Origin: Calditrichota bacterium
GTDB taxonomy: Bacteria; Zhuqueibacterota; Zhuqueibacteria; JANLFK01; Oleimicrobiaceae
Direction of reading: 5' to 3'
Assembly (NCBI GenBank): GCA_014359355.1
Contig: JACIZP010000177.1
Coordinates: 662-64,661, forward strand
Length of the DNA: 64,000 nt
Shown: in pieces, positions 27,536 through 37,619 of the stretch
Layout of the letters: each line of letters starts with the position of its first letter
Position numbering within the stretch: position 1 is the first letter of the stretch
Notes under the pieces: generated by a model
Seen by the model: only the letters and a program-made list of their open reading frames with translations
Told to the model about the DNA's origin: nothing
The model's database searches: none
Translations under genes and position numbers: made by a program

Positions 27536-30500
27536 ATGGCAGCGAAACGGATACAGGCCAGCACGCTGATCGGAGTTGGTCTCCTCCTGTTCTATACGAC
27601 AGCGGCGGTTGCACAACAGGGCTCCATAGGTAACAGGGCTACCGCCGACCCCGCGTACACCGGGTATGCAGCTTGGATCAAGCTGACCGTGGCGGGGCCC
27701 GCAGGGAACAATTCTCTCAACGACAACTTTGCCGGTGCGAAGGTCGAGATTGACCTGAATATCGACGGCGACAACAATGAAGCCACCAACCCTGGCGACG
27801 TGTACGAAGCCAGTGGCGACGCCGGAGAAATGGTGACTGACCCGCTTGGCTCCGGCGGCGCCTTTGACCAGTACTTCTACGTGCGCATCAAATCCGGCGC
27901 GAACAACCCGTTCCCGGATGGAGTAGGTTACGACACCGACCTCCGTCCGCGCGTGAAATTTGCCGCCAGCGGGTTTCTGCGTGTGGGTGGGGTGCCGATA
28001 CAGACCGAGACCGGCTTTGTGAACGCCACCGACGACATCACCCCCAGGATGCGCAAAATCGAGCACTATGACGACGGTACAGGTCATATGCCCGGTTCTC
28101 CTGGCAATCAGGTGCAGTACGACGGCTACATTGACAAGATCATCATCGAGTGGAGCGAGCCCATGCGCACCAGCAATGTGGCCGCCAGCACAGCCATCTT
28201 CGGTGGCCTCGGCTCCTCGGTGAGCAGCATTGAAGCTACCGGTGCGTGGGCCGACAACAAGCATTTTGTCATGTGGCCCGTGTCCATTTCGCCGAACTCC
28301 GGCATCACCCCAACCCTGTCCTATTACCCCCCACCCAGCAACAGCGACAAATTTGCCAGCGCAACTTTGCAGTACGCCGAGACGCATGCCAAGGTGGTGA
28401 CCGACCGCTCCGGCCCGGCGATTGTCAGCGCGCAGACCAAGCGCGCCACCCGGCGCCAGGCCTTGGCTGCAGCGCTCGCGGCCAAGCGCATCCGCGTGGT
28501 CTTTAGCGAGCCGGTGGCCTTCAACTACATCCAGGGTACTGACTTTACCGTGACCATCAACGGCGTCAACAACCCGGTGGCCAGCATCGTCTCGCCCACC
28601 ACCGCAAACCCACCGACCAATACGTACGAATTCGCCCTGACCAACGACTTTGTCCACGAGGATGTGACCGGAAGCATCTCCTACACGGGGACGATGCTGG
28701 TGCGCGACGTCAGCCCCGACAGCAACTACAACGGCGTGGGGCCCACAAGGACAATCACCGACGGTATTCTCCCCAACATTGTCTCCGTGCGTACCGTTGA
28801 CGGTCTCTCGGCCACCAATGCTGGCGCCAATGGCTGGGGTTACTTGGACTGGGTGGAGGTCACCTTTGACCACACTTACAACGGCATGGACCAGGCCCGC
28901 CTCAGCACTTTGGGCTTCACCGTCACTGGCACCGGTATATTGACCATTGGCGCCACCGGCAGTTGGGCCAGCGCCACCACGTTCCGCATTCCTTTGGTGG
29001 CCACTTCCCCGAAGGTGCCTAATACTGACCTTGTGCCCACGGTGACCTATGTCAACCCGGGGTCGACTACCGGTTTGCGGAGCGCCGTCAACAACGGGTT
29101 GGCCGAGAACTTGCTGGCAACCGATGTGACACCATCCTCGGAAAATGCCTCGCCCGTGCAGATTATCGACGGTGCCGGCCCAGCCCTCATCGAAGCTTAC
29201 ACTGCTGGTGGCAACAGAATCAGGCTCACGTTCAGTGAGAAGGTCAACACGGCCGGTTGGCCCACCACCGAACCGGCCGCCCAGGTGCCTTCCCGCTTCA
29301 AGTGGTTCGTCGGCCTGCGGAACTTTAGTGCGGCCGGAACCAAGGTCTTTTTCACCGGGCTCTCTGGCACCAATCAGGACAATGTCATCTACCTGAACAG
29401 CACCGGGGCCACCTGGACAAAGACCGATAGCGGCTTCGTCAACTTTTATGGGACCAACGTCGTCTACGACGTCGCCACCCCTGCTAACGGGAACCTGCAG
29501 TGGGACGACGACGGCTCCATAGTCGGCTTCACCGGGACCACTTCCGACGTCAAAGTGAAACGTGACAACATCGCCCCTATCCTCCTTGGTTTGTACACGC
29601 AGGACTTTGACGCCGACGGGACGTTAGATCACTACCGCTTCGTGTTCGATCCTCTGTCTCCCATCTTCCCGAAGACGTCGTTCAAGGCGGCAAACTGGAC
29701 GATTGCAGGCTATGACGGACCGAAGTCGGGCATCAGCCTGAACATGAACGTCTACAATCCGGCACACGCGCAGTACAAACCCACGGCCATCAACACCTTT
29801 GGCGATACGGTGGAGGCATACATCTCGTTCAACGAGACTACGGCTGGTGGCCCACCTGCCACCCCGTATGGCGGTGACACAGGGGATGTGCCGGACGTAA
29901 TTGTAGAAGCTGGAAAGGGCTTCGCGGACTGGGCCGACAATGTGATGGCCGCCTTGGGCGAGGGCCTCTCCTTGGAGAGCGATAAGGCTGGCCCGGCCAT
30001 CATGAGCGCCAAGACCATCTCTACAACCACCGTGGAAATCCTCATGAGTGAAAAGGTCCAGGGACTGGACTTGGCCGACTTTGACCTCACCATGGGTTTT
30101 GTCCCGCCGCTGGCCTCGGTGACCCAACCCAGCGACGCTCGTGTGCTGCTGACCGTCGCCCCTTACGCCCAGTGGGCACCCACGCAGACGGGCACCGTTC
30201 GCCTGACCGGGGTCAACAAGATCTATGACGATATCGCCGGCACTAACAACGGCAACATGCAGACTGCCTCCATCGCCGTGATCGATGCCACGGCCAGTTA
30301 CTTCATAGTCAGCCAAGTCTACAAGGAGGGGTCGCAGTTCACCGGTGTGCCGTTTGACATCAAAGTTATCGCCAAGGATTCCCACGGTACCACTGACGTG
30401 AACTTTACGGTACCCATCCAGTTCGCTGCCAACAAGCAGCGGGTGACCCTCCCGACCGGCGTGCAACGCCTGACCAACGGCGAAGGGGTGTTCCAGATCG

Positions 30501-31981
30501 TCTGCTATGACACTACCTCGAACTTGGTGATTACGGTCTACAAGACCACCGATCCCGGGGTGAACGGCTCAACTGAGCCAATAGAGGTGGTGGAAGCGGT
30601 GATCGACGCACCCAACACGCTCACCGTGAAGGACTACAAGGGTGCCGACGGCGAGGGGGACCAGGGTGGTTATGTGACGCTGGTCTGGGACTTTTCGCAG
30701 AACCATCCTGGCATCGGTACGGTCAACATTATCGACTACTACCAGATCTACCGCGTGGTCGAGGGCAAGCTCTTCCATTGGGGCACCGTGCAAGCGACTG
30801 ACCCGCGAAAGAGCGAGGCGGACTCGGTGCGCGTGGTGGTGCCCACCTATGACAATGTGATCTCGGACTTTTACGTGCAGGCTGTCAAGAATCCTCCCCC
30901 GCTCACGGCTGCGGCCCCGCTCTTGCCTGATGAGGACGCCATCCCGCTGCCGGCGGGGTACGTGTTTGCCATGCCGCCGAAGGGCGACAATGGCGAGGTG
31001 ACTGTCGCTGCCGCCATGACTGCTGGGCAGTTGGTGTCGCCGCTCACCAAGGGCACGGGTGGCGCCACTGACGACATCCCGCCGGCAGCCATCACCGAGG
31101 CGGCTATTCGCAAGATTAGTGCGCAGGCGAAGCTGTTCTGGCCAAAGGTCACCAAGGGCATCGATGGCTCGCCGGAGCGTTCGCGGATTACCTATCGCGT
31201 GTATGCGCACCCCAGCAATGCCTTCTTTAACGTTGGAGACCCGGACGCGGTACTTCTGGGTAGCTGCGCAGATACCTTCTTGGTGGTGAACGTCGATGCC
31301 TTGCGGCGGTTCTACATGGTGGTGGCCATGGACGACAACAACATGTCCGGCCCCTCCAACCGCGTCGGCCATTACGGCTTTGCCTTGAACAAAGGCGAGA
31401 CGCGCAAATACACGCACATCTCGCTGCCGCTGATCGATCCGAACATCACCGACGCCAAGTCATTAGCCGCCAGCATCGGCGGTGTGGCTGCGGTGTACAA
31501 GTTGGACCCAGCGACCAACGCCTACACCACGTACTGGCTGCCAGATATGGGTTTGGGCACCAACTTCCCCATCACCCCTGGCATGGCCTGCTTGGTCAAC
31601 CTGAAGAGCGACGCACCCAGCACCTGGTTCATGGTGGGGTCGGTGCCGTACCCAGGCAGCGTTCGTTTCACGCTGGCCAAGACCAAGACGCGTACCTACA
31701 ATGAGATCAGCGTGCCGCTTGACCGTCTGACCCTGACCAACGCCGCACAGCTGGCCGCCAGCATTGGCGGCGTGGAGGCGCTCTACCGGATCGACCCGGC
31801 TACCAACGCCTTCACGCAGTATTGGCTCGTGGCTCAGGGCTTGGGCACGAATTTCCCCTTGAACCCAGGCGAACCGGTGCTCCTGTTGGTGAACCAGTCG
31901 GCTCCCAATCAGTGGCCGGCAGGCAGCATGACCGCTGCGCTCCCTGTGGGCGAACAGCCTGCGGGCGCAAAGGAAGAATGA
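27536..31981 (+). CDS. Giant secreted surface protein (1481 aa) with Ig-like/beta-rich repeats and C-terminal tandem ~90-aa repeat
   Basis: GGAGG RBS 6 nt before ATG 27536; signal peptide (LIGVGLLLFYTTAAVAQQ); Thr/Gly/Asn-rich beta-strand composition; last ~190 aa contain two copies of ISLPLxxxxLTxAxxLAASIGGVxAxYxxDPATNAxTxYWLxxxGLGTNFPxxPG; no T9SS CTD. Confidence 0.6.
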   Translation: MAAKRIQASTLIGVGLLLFYTTAAVAQQGSIGNRATADPAYTGYAAWIKLTVAGPAGNNSLNDNFAGAKVEIDLNIDGDNNEATNPGDVYEASGDAGEMVTDPLGSGGAFDQYFYVRIKSGANNPFPDGVGYDTDLRPRVKFAASGFLRVGGVPIQTETGFVNATDDITPRMRKIEHYDDGTGHMPGSPGNQVQYDGYIDKIIIEWSEPMRTSNVAASTAIFGGLGSSVSSIEATGAWADNKHFVMWPVSISPNSGITPTLSYYPPPSNSDKFASATLQYAETHAKVVTDRSGPAIVSAQTKRATRRQALAAALAAKRIRVVFSEPVAFNYIQGTDFTVTINGVNNPVASIVSPTTANPPTNTYEFALTNDFVHEDVTGSISYTGTMLVRDVSPDSNYNGVGPTRTITDGILPNIVSVRTVDGLSATNAGANGWGYLDWVEVTFDHTYNGMDQARLSTLGFTVTGTGILTIGATGSWASATTFRIPLVATSPKVPNTDLVPTVTYVNPGSTTGLRSAVNNGLAENLLATDVTPSSENASPVQIIDGAGPALIEAYTAGGNRIRLTFSEKVNTAGWPTTEPAAQVPSRFKWFVGLRNFSAAGTKVFFTGLSGTNQDNVIYLNSTGATWTKTDSGFVNFYGTNVVYDVATPANGNLQWDDDGSIVGFTGTTSDVKVKRDNIAPILLGLYTQDFDADGTLDHYRFVFDPLSPIFPKTSFKAANWTIAGYDGPKSGISLNMNVYNPAHAQYKPTAINTFGDTVEAYISFNETTAGGPPATPYGGDTGDVPDVIVEAGKGFADWADNVMAALGEGLSLESDKAGPAIMSAKTISTTTVEILMSEKVQGLDLADFDLTMGFVPPLASVTQPSDARVLLTVAPYAQWAPTQTGTVRLTGVNKIYDDIAGTNNGNMQTASIAVIDATASYFIVSQVYKEGSQFTGVPFDIKVIAKDSHGTTDVNFTVPIQFAANKQRVTLPTGVQRLTNGEGVFQIVCYDTTSNLVITVYKTTDPGVNGSTEPIEVVEAVIDAPNTLTVKDYKGADGEGDQGGYVTLVWDFSQNHPGIGTVNIIDYYQIYRVVEGKLFHWGTVQATDPRKSEADSVRVVVPTYDNVISDFYVQAVKNPPPLTAAAPLLPDEDAIPLPAGYVFAMPPKGDNGEVTVAAAMTAGQLVSPLTKGTGGATDDIPPAAITEAAIRKISAQAKLFWPKVTKGIDGSPERSRITYRVYAHPSNAFFNVGDPDAVLLGSCADTFLVVNVDALRRFYMVVAMDDNNMSGPSNRVGHYGFALNKGETRKYTHISLPLIDPNITDAKSLAASIGGVAAVYKLDPATNAYTTYWLPDMGLGTNFPITPGMACLVNLKSDAPSTWFMVGSVPYPGSVRFTLAKTKTRTYNEISVPLDRLTLTNAAQLAASIGGVEALYRIDPATNAFTQYWLVAQGLGTNFPLNPGEPVLLLVNQSAPNQWPAGSMTAALPVGEQPAGAKEE

Positions 31982-32040
31982 CCGGTGGGGGTAATCCCCC
32001 GCCTTCGATCACTATGGAAGACTACCCAAGGGAGGTTGCT

Positions 32041-32994
32041 ATGAAAGGCCTGCTGAGCTTTGCGCTGGCGCTCTTGGCAATAGCGGTGCTCACCGGCCCA
32101 GCTGCAGCACAAGGGCCGCTGACCGCCATCGTCTACGGGCAGGTCCTCAATCCTGACCTGAGCAAGCCCGATTCGGCGGACATCAAATACCGGGCTTATC
32201 TGACCAATGACCCGCTCGACACGCTGGTGGGTCGCTCACAGAAGGAAGGGATGTGGAGCTTGGCACTGGCCCTTTTCGCCGGCGGCTCGTTCCCCTGGAA
32301 AGTGGGCGACACCTTAGCCATGCGCTTCGAGAACGTGGGCAATGGGCCCTTCAAGGGTGCGGTGACCTACTTGCGCTACGTGACCACCAACGAGGACCTG
32401 CAGTACGCGGGCCAGTCCGCGTTGCCCGTGGAACTGGTGGAGTTCGTTGCCGCAGTGGAACAGACCGAGCTTGCCACACGGGTGCGCCTCACCTGGAAGA
32501 CGGCTTCCGAGAGCAACAACTATGGCTTCGAAGTGCAGCGTTCACCGGACAGGAGCAACTTCCAGACGCTGGCGTTCATCCCCGGCGCCGGCACCACCGC
32601 TGCACGGCAAGTCTACGAGTACGTCGACCAGGAGGTAAAGGCTGGCACCTATTACTACCGTTTGAAGCAGGTTGACCGTGACGGCTCCATCCAGCTCACC
32701 GAGCCGCAATGCGTCGAGGTAGCGGCACCGCGGGCCTACGCGTTGCGGCAGAACTACCCGAACCCGTTCAACCCGTCGACCGAGATCGTGTACCAGCTCA
32801 AAGAGCGTGGGCGAGTCTCGCTGGTGGTGTACAACGTCCTGGGCGAGCAGGTGGCTACCTTAGTTGACGAAATGCAGGAGGCCGGCATCCACCGTGTGAC
32901 CTTCAACGCTTCCGGCCTCCCCACCGGCGTGTTCTTCTACCGGCTGCGGGTGAACGGTTTCGACCAGATGCGGAAGATGGCAGTGGTGAAGTAG
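32041..32994 (+). CDS. Secreted protein with T9SS C-terminal sorting domain
   Basis: GGGAGG RBS; signal peptide; C-terminus 'LRQNYPNPFNPSTEIVYQLKERGRVSLVVYNVLGEQVATLVDEMQEAGIHRVTFNASGLPTGVFFYRLRVNGFDQMRKMAVVK' is a textbook type-A T9SS CTD. Confidence 0.8.
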   Translation: MKGLLSFALALLAIAVLTGPAAAQGPLTAIVYGQVLNPDLSKPDSADIKYRAYLTNDPLDTLVGRSQKEGMWSLALALFAGGSFPWKVGDTLAMRFENVGNGPFKGAVTYLRYVTTNEDLQYAGQSALPVELVEFVAAVEQTELATRVRLTWKTASESNNYGFEVQRSPDRSNFQTLAFIPGAGTTAARQVYEYVDQEVKAGTYYYRLKQVDRDGSIQLTEPQCVEVAAPRAYALRQNYPNPFNPSTEIVYQLKERGRVSLVVYNVLGEQVATLVDEMQEAGIHRVTFNASGLPTGVFFYRLRVNGFDQMRKMAVVK

Positions 32995-33174
32995 TCCCTC
33001 CAGAGGCGCGCGGGCACATCTCGGCGTTGGGCGCCCATCTCCTGCCCCCGGGGCGTCCTTATGCGTGAGAAGTGGGTGAGTCTGCCCGCGCGCCTTCGTT
33101 TTTCCCGCCGAAAAGTGAGAGCCGGGCCCCATGAGCAAGAATCTGGATCCTTCCCCTATTTCCCCTGAAAATCC

Positions 33175-33203
33175 TTGAAATTGTCCCCGCTTTGCGTTAT
33201 CTT
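33175..33203 (+). promoter_or_regulatory. Sigma70-like promoter TTGAAA-17-TATCTT upstream of proS
   Basis: Hexamers with 17-nt spacer ~75 nt upstream of proS ATG in AT-enriched stretch. Confidence 0.4.
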
Positions 33204-33277
33204 TTGCCATTGATCGGGCGTCTGCCGAGACGGGCGCTCAACAGCACCTGCCAAGCATCACTGTCAAGAGGAGACCT

Positions 33278-34708
33278 ATGGCCAAGGGAATCACCCCGCG
33301 ACACGAGGACTATGCACGCTGGTACACCGACGTCATTGCCGCTGCAGAACTTGCCGACTATGCACCGGTCAAGGGCTGCATGGTCATTCGCCCTAACGGT
33401 TACGCCATCTGGGAAAAGATCCAGAGCACCTTAGATCGCATGTTCAAAGAGACCGGTCATGTGAATGCCTACTTTCCGCTGTTCATTCCGGAGAGCTACT
33501 TGCGGCGAGAGGCGGAGCATGTGGAGGGCTTTGCCCCAGAGTGCGCGGTGGTGACCCATGGCGGGGGCAAGAAATTGGAGGAGCCTTTGGTGGTGCGGCC
33601 CACCTCGGAGACCATCATCTGGGCCATGTACCGCAACTGGATCCATTCGCACCGCGACCTGCCGCTCCTCATCAACCAGTGGGCAAACGTCGTCCGCTGG
33701 GAGATGCGCACGCGCCTGTTCTTGCGCACCACCGAGTTCCTTTGGCAGGAGGGGCACACCGCCCATGCTACTGAACAGGAGGCCGAGCACGAAGCGCTGC
33801 TCATCCTTGACCTCTACCGCCGCTTCGCGGAGGAGTATATGGCCATGCCGGTCTTCGTCGGGGTGAAGACGGAGAAAGAAAAGTTCGCCGGTGCCGTGCG
33901 CACCTACTGCATCGAGGCCATGATGCAGGACAGGCGCGCGCTGCAGGCAGGGACCTCGCACAACCTGGGACAGAATTTCGCCAAGGCCTTTGATGTTACC
34001 TACCAGGACGAGCAGGGGAAGCAACAGTACGTCTGGGCCACGAGCTGGGGTGTGTCCACCCGTCTCATCGGCGCACTGATCATGTGCCACAGCGACGACA
34101 ACGGGCTTGTCCTGCCGCCGCGCTTAGCAAGCCTCCAGGCGGTGGTGGTGCCCATCTGGACAGGCGACACGGAGCGCGACGCGGTGCTGGCCTACGTGCG
34201 CCAGCTGACCGCCTCGTGGACTGGACGCTTGAGCTTCAAGATCGACGACCGCGACAACTATCGGCCAGGCTGGAAGTTCAACGAGTGGGAACAGCGTGGC
34301 GTGCCTATCCGCATCGAGGTGGGGCCGCGCGACATGGCCCAGCAGCAGGTCGTCCTCGTGCGACGCGATACGCGCCAGAAGACTGTCGTGCCTGCCAGTG
34401 CCTTGCCCGGCGCAGTGACAGAAGAGTTGGAATCGATGCAAAAGGACTTGTTAGCCCGGGCGCGGGACTTTCGCGACCGCTACACGCAGAAGGTCGACGA
34501 TTACCCGACTCTTACCCGCCTCATCGAAGAACCAGGCGGCTTTTTCTGGGTGGACTGGTGCGGCGAGCGCGCCTGCGAGGACCGCTTGCAGGAGGAGACC
34601 AAGGCCACCATCCGCCTCATTCCATTCGAGCGCGTGCTCGAGCGCGGACCGTGCATACTCTGCGGGCAGCCTTCTCAGCACCGCGTGCTCGTGGCAAAGG
34701 CCTACTGA
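33278..34708 (+). CDS. proS: Proline--tRNA ligase (archaeal/eukaryotic-type class II ProRS)
   Basis: 476 aa; '[35 protein letters not shown]', motif 2/3 class II blocks, C-terminal zinc-binding Cys; no bacterial-type editing insertion. Confidence 0.85.
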   Translation: MAKGITPRHEDYARWYTDVIAAAELADYAPVKGCMVIRPNGYAIWEKIQSTLDRMFKETGHVNAYFPLFIPESYLRREAEHVEGFAPECAVVTHGGGKKLEEPLVVRPTSETIIWAMYRNWIHSHRDLPLLINQWANVVRWEMRTRLFLRTTEFLWQEGHTAHATEQEAEHEALLILDLYRRFAEEYMAMPVFVGVKTEKEKFAGAVRTYCIEAMMQDRRALQAGTSHNLGQNFAKAFDVTYQDEQGKQQYVWATSWGVSTRLIGALIMCHSDDNGLVLPPRLASLQAVVVPIWTGDTERDAVLAYVRQLTASWTGRLSFKIDDRDNYRPGWKFNEWEQRGVPIRIEVGPRDMAQQQVVLVRRDTRQKTVVPASALPGAVTEELESMQKDLLARARDFRDRYTQKVDDYPTLTRLIEEPGGFFWVDWCGERACEDRLQEETKATIRLIPFERVLERGPCILCGQPSQHRVLVAKAY

Positions 34709-34796
34709 GGCGACGGCCATGCGTGCGGCACAAGAGCGCGCGACCTAAGGACCAGAACTGGAGCGACAGCGAGCGCCAGGATCAGAGGAGAAGACA

Positions 34797-36161
34797 TTGG
34801 AAGAGACACTGCTCCGCTTCTTCAGGGGACTGAGCGACATTGTGTGGGGCCCACCGATGCTGGTCTTGTTGGTCGGCACCGGCATCTTCCTGACCATCCG
34901 GCTGCGCGGGCTGCAGTTTCATGGCCTGCTCCATTCGCTCTACCTGGCCCTGGTCAAACGCAAGGAGGAGAATGCCACCGAGGGGGACATTTCGCATTTC
35001 CAGGCACTGATGACCGCGTTGGCCGCCACCGTGGGCACCGGGAACATCGCCGGCGTGGCCACCGCCATTGCCTCCGGAGGGCCAGGCGCCTTGTTCTGGA
35101 TGTGGATCACCGGTCTCTTCGGCATGGCCACCAAGTACGCCGAAGCAGTGCTTGCCGTCAAATACCGCGAGGTGGATGAGTTCGGAACCATGAGCGGCGG
35201 GCCGATGTACTACCTCAGCAAAGGGCTCGGCGCCAAGTGGTTAGGGGTCATCTTCGCCGTGTTTGCTTCGGTGTCAGCGTTCGGTATTGGCAACATTGTG
35301 CAGTCCAACTCGGTGGCCGAGGCGGTGCGCACCTCGTTCCCCGTCGTGCCGACTTGGGCCGTGGGGACCGTTATGGCTGTGGCCACGGCATTGGTCCTCC
35401 TCGGGGGCATTAAGAGTATTGGCAGGGTGGCAAGCCTCCTGGTGCCGGTGATGATTGTCTTCTACATGCTCGGCGCCACTGTGGTGGTAATCCTCAACTA
35501 CCGAGGTATCCCCAGTGTTTTCTCACTGGTGATGAAGGGGGCGTTCACCGGGACGGCGATGTTCGGCGGCTTCCTCGGCGCCTCGGTGCGCGAAGCAATT
35601 CGCTGGGGGGTGGCGCGCGGCGTCTTCTCCAACGAGTCCGGCCTGGGCAGTGCTCCCATTGCTGCAGCTGCCGCGCAGACCAGGAATCCGGTCACCCAGG
35701 CGCTGGTCTCCATGACGCAGACCTTCATCGACACCATTGTCGTCTGCTCGTTCACGGGCTTTGTCATCATCTCCACCGGCCTGTGGACCAGCGGCAAGAC
35801 CGGCGCAGAGCTGACTACCCTCGCCTTTAACCATGGCCTGCCCGGGAACAGCGGCGGCATGATTGTGGCCATCGGCCTCATTCTTTTTGCCTACTCCACC
35901 ATCATCGGCTGGAGCTACTATGGCGAAAAGTCGTTGGAATACCTGTTGGGCCCCGCCTCGGTCAGGCCCTATCGCGCGCTCTTCTGCGTGATGGTCTTCG
36001 TGGGGAGCGTCATCAGCAAGTTGGAGCTCGTGTGGTCATTCGCCGACGTCATGAATGGCCTCATGGCTCTGCCCAACCTGGTGGGGCTCCTCGGCCTCTC
36101 CGGGGTTGTGGTTGCAGAGACGAAAAAGTACTACTGGAGTGAGCGGGCACGGGCTCACTGA
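34797..36161 (+). CDS. Alanine/glycine:cation symporter (AGCS) family transporter
   Basis: 454 aa; '[57 protein letters not shown]' AGCS signature; 11 TM; TTG start with AGGAG RBS. Confidence 0.8.
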   Translation: MEETLLRFFRGLSDIVWGPPMLVLLVGTGIFLTIRLRGLQFHGLLHSLYLALVKRKEENATEGDISHFQALMTALAATVGTGNIAGVATAIASGGPGALFWMWITGLFGMATKYAEAVLAVKYREVDEFGTMSGGPMYYLSKGLGAKWLGVIFAVFASVSAFGIGNIVQSNSVAEAVRTSFPVVPTWAVGTVMAVATALVLLGGIKSIGRVASLLVPVMIVFYMLGATVVVILNYRGIPSVFSLVMKGAFTGTAMFGGFLGASVREAIRWGVARGVFSNESGLGSAPIAAAAAQTRNPVTQALVSMTQTFIDTIVVCSFTGFVIISTGLWTSGKTGAELTTLAFNHGLPGNSGGMIVAIGLILFAYSTIIGWSYYGEKSLEYLLGPASVRPYRALFCVMVFVGSVISKLELVWSFADVMNGLMALPNLVGLLGLSGVVVAETKKYYWSERARAH

Positions 36162-36193
36162 ACAGTGCCGACTCTGGGCAAGGTGAGGTAACC

Positions 36194-36643
36194 ATGAACG
36201 CCAAGCGCGAGAAGATCGAGCTGGAGATCCCGTCCAAGGCGGTGCACATCAGCCACGCTGCTTGCGGCAATGGCTGCAGCCTCATGGACGAAACGGTGCA
36301 GATCGGCGGCCACGCCTCCATCAAGGCGAAGATCCGTTACGCCGGGCAGGAAGGGATCATCAACCTCGACCCGGTGTACGGCAGCTTTGAGCACCGCTGC
36401 ACCATCGACGTTCCATGCGGGGCGGTCGTCGAGTTCTTCTGTCCCCACTGCGGAGTTTCTCTCAAAGGCCAAGATACCTGCAACGTCTGTTCGTCGCCGA
36501 CCTTTGTGTTGCATCTGCCGCGGGGAGGCGTCGTGGAAGGCTGTTTGCGAAAAGGGTGCTTCGAGCACTCCCTAAAGATTGTCGATGCAGAAGAGCTGCT
36601 CAAGCGTCTGTTTGACGAGCACACCCTGGACGCATACCTGTGA
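36194..36643 (+). CDS. Cysteine-rich (zinc-ribbon-like) hypothetical protein, translationally coupled to era
   Basis: 149 aa with CxxxC, CxxC and CxxC pairs (CGNGC, CPHC, CNVC); stop overlaps era GTG start (GTGA). Confidence 0.5.
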   Translation: MNAKREKIELEIPSKAVHISHAACGNGCSLMDETVQIGGHASIKAKIRYAGQEGIINLDPVYGSFEHRCTIDVPCGAVVEFFCPHCGVSLKGQDTCNVCSSPTFVLHLPRGGVVEGCLRKGCFEHSLKIVDAEELLKRLFDEHTLDAYL

Positions 36644-37551
36644 CGCAGCCGAACACAAATACGCAGTCACCGCACAAAGTCGGGTATGTGGCGTTGGTGG
36701 GCCGCCCTAACGTCGGCAAGTCGACGCTGGTGAACGCACTGCTGCAGTTCAAGCTGTCCATTGTCACACCCAAGCCCCAGACCACGCGTCACCGCATCTT
36801 GGGGATTCTGTCGGAGCCCGGATGCCAGGTTATTTTTCTCGACACTCCCGGCTTGATCCAGCCGCGGTACGCGTTGCAGGCGGCGATGATGCGTGCTGCA
36901 GAGCGGGCCATGGCCGAAGCGGACATTGTCGTCGTGCTCCTGGACGTCTCCACACCCTTGCAGGAGGAGGATTTCCAAACGCTGGAGCAGGTCAAGGCCC
37001 ACGGCAAGTCACTGCTCATCGCGCTGAACAAGATCGACTTGATCAACAAGGCCAACCTCTTGCCCATTATCGACCAGCTCGCGCAACGTTTCCCTGAGAC
37101 GGAGATTATCCCCATCTCTGCACTGCAGCGCGACGGGCTCGATGACCTCAAGGCGGCTATTGTGCAGCGCCTGCCCGAGGGCATGCCCCTCTATCCGGAG
37201 GATCAGCTCACTGAGCATCCGGAACGCTTTTTCGTGGCGGAAATCATCCGCGAGAACATTTTCGAGCGCTATGGCGAAGAGATCCCTTATGCCACCGCCG
37301 TGCAGATTGAAGAGTTCAAAGAGCGACCTGGGGGGAAGGATTTCATCAGCGCCCGTATCGTGGTAGAGCGCCCTTCGCAGAAAGCAATCCTCATCGGCAA
37401 GGGTGGACAGGCCCTCAAGGAGGTCGGGAAAGCGGCGCGCGTCGAGATCGAACAGTTCTTGGGACGGCCCGTTTTCCTCAAACTGTGGGTGGCGGTGCGC
37501 GAGAAGTGGCGCTCCGACGAAACGCTGTTGCGCGAGTACGGCTACCAGTAA
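36640..37551 (+). CDS. era: GTPase Era
   Basis: G1 'GRPNVGKST', G3 'DTPG', G4 'NKID', C-terminal KH domain. Confidence 0.9.
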   Translation: MTQPNTNTQSPHKVGYVALVGRPNVGKSTLVNALLQFKLSIVTPKPQTTRHRILGILSEPGCQVIFLDTPGLIQPRYALQAAMMRAAERAMAEADIVVVLLDVSTPLQEEDFQTLEQVKAHGKSLLIALNKIDLINKANLLPIIDQLAQRFPETEIIPISALQRDGLDDLKAAIVQRLPEGMPLYPEDQLTEHPERFFVAEIIRENIFERYGEEIPYATAVQIEEFKERPGGKDFISARIVVERPSQKAILIGKGGQALKEVGKAARVEIEQFLGRPVFLKLWVAVREKWRSDETLLREYGYQ

Positions 37552-37619
37552 TGTGTCACCCCCTGCCGTGCGCCGACCACGTTGCGACCAAAGCCACGCC
37601 GTGCAAGAGCAAAGTTTCC

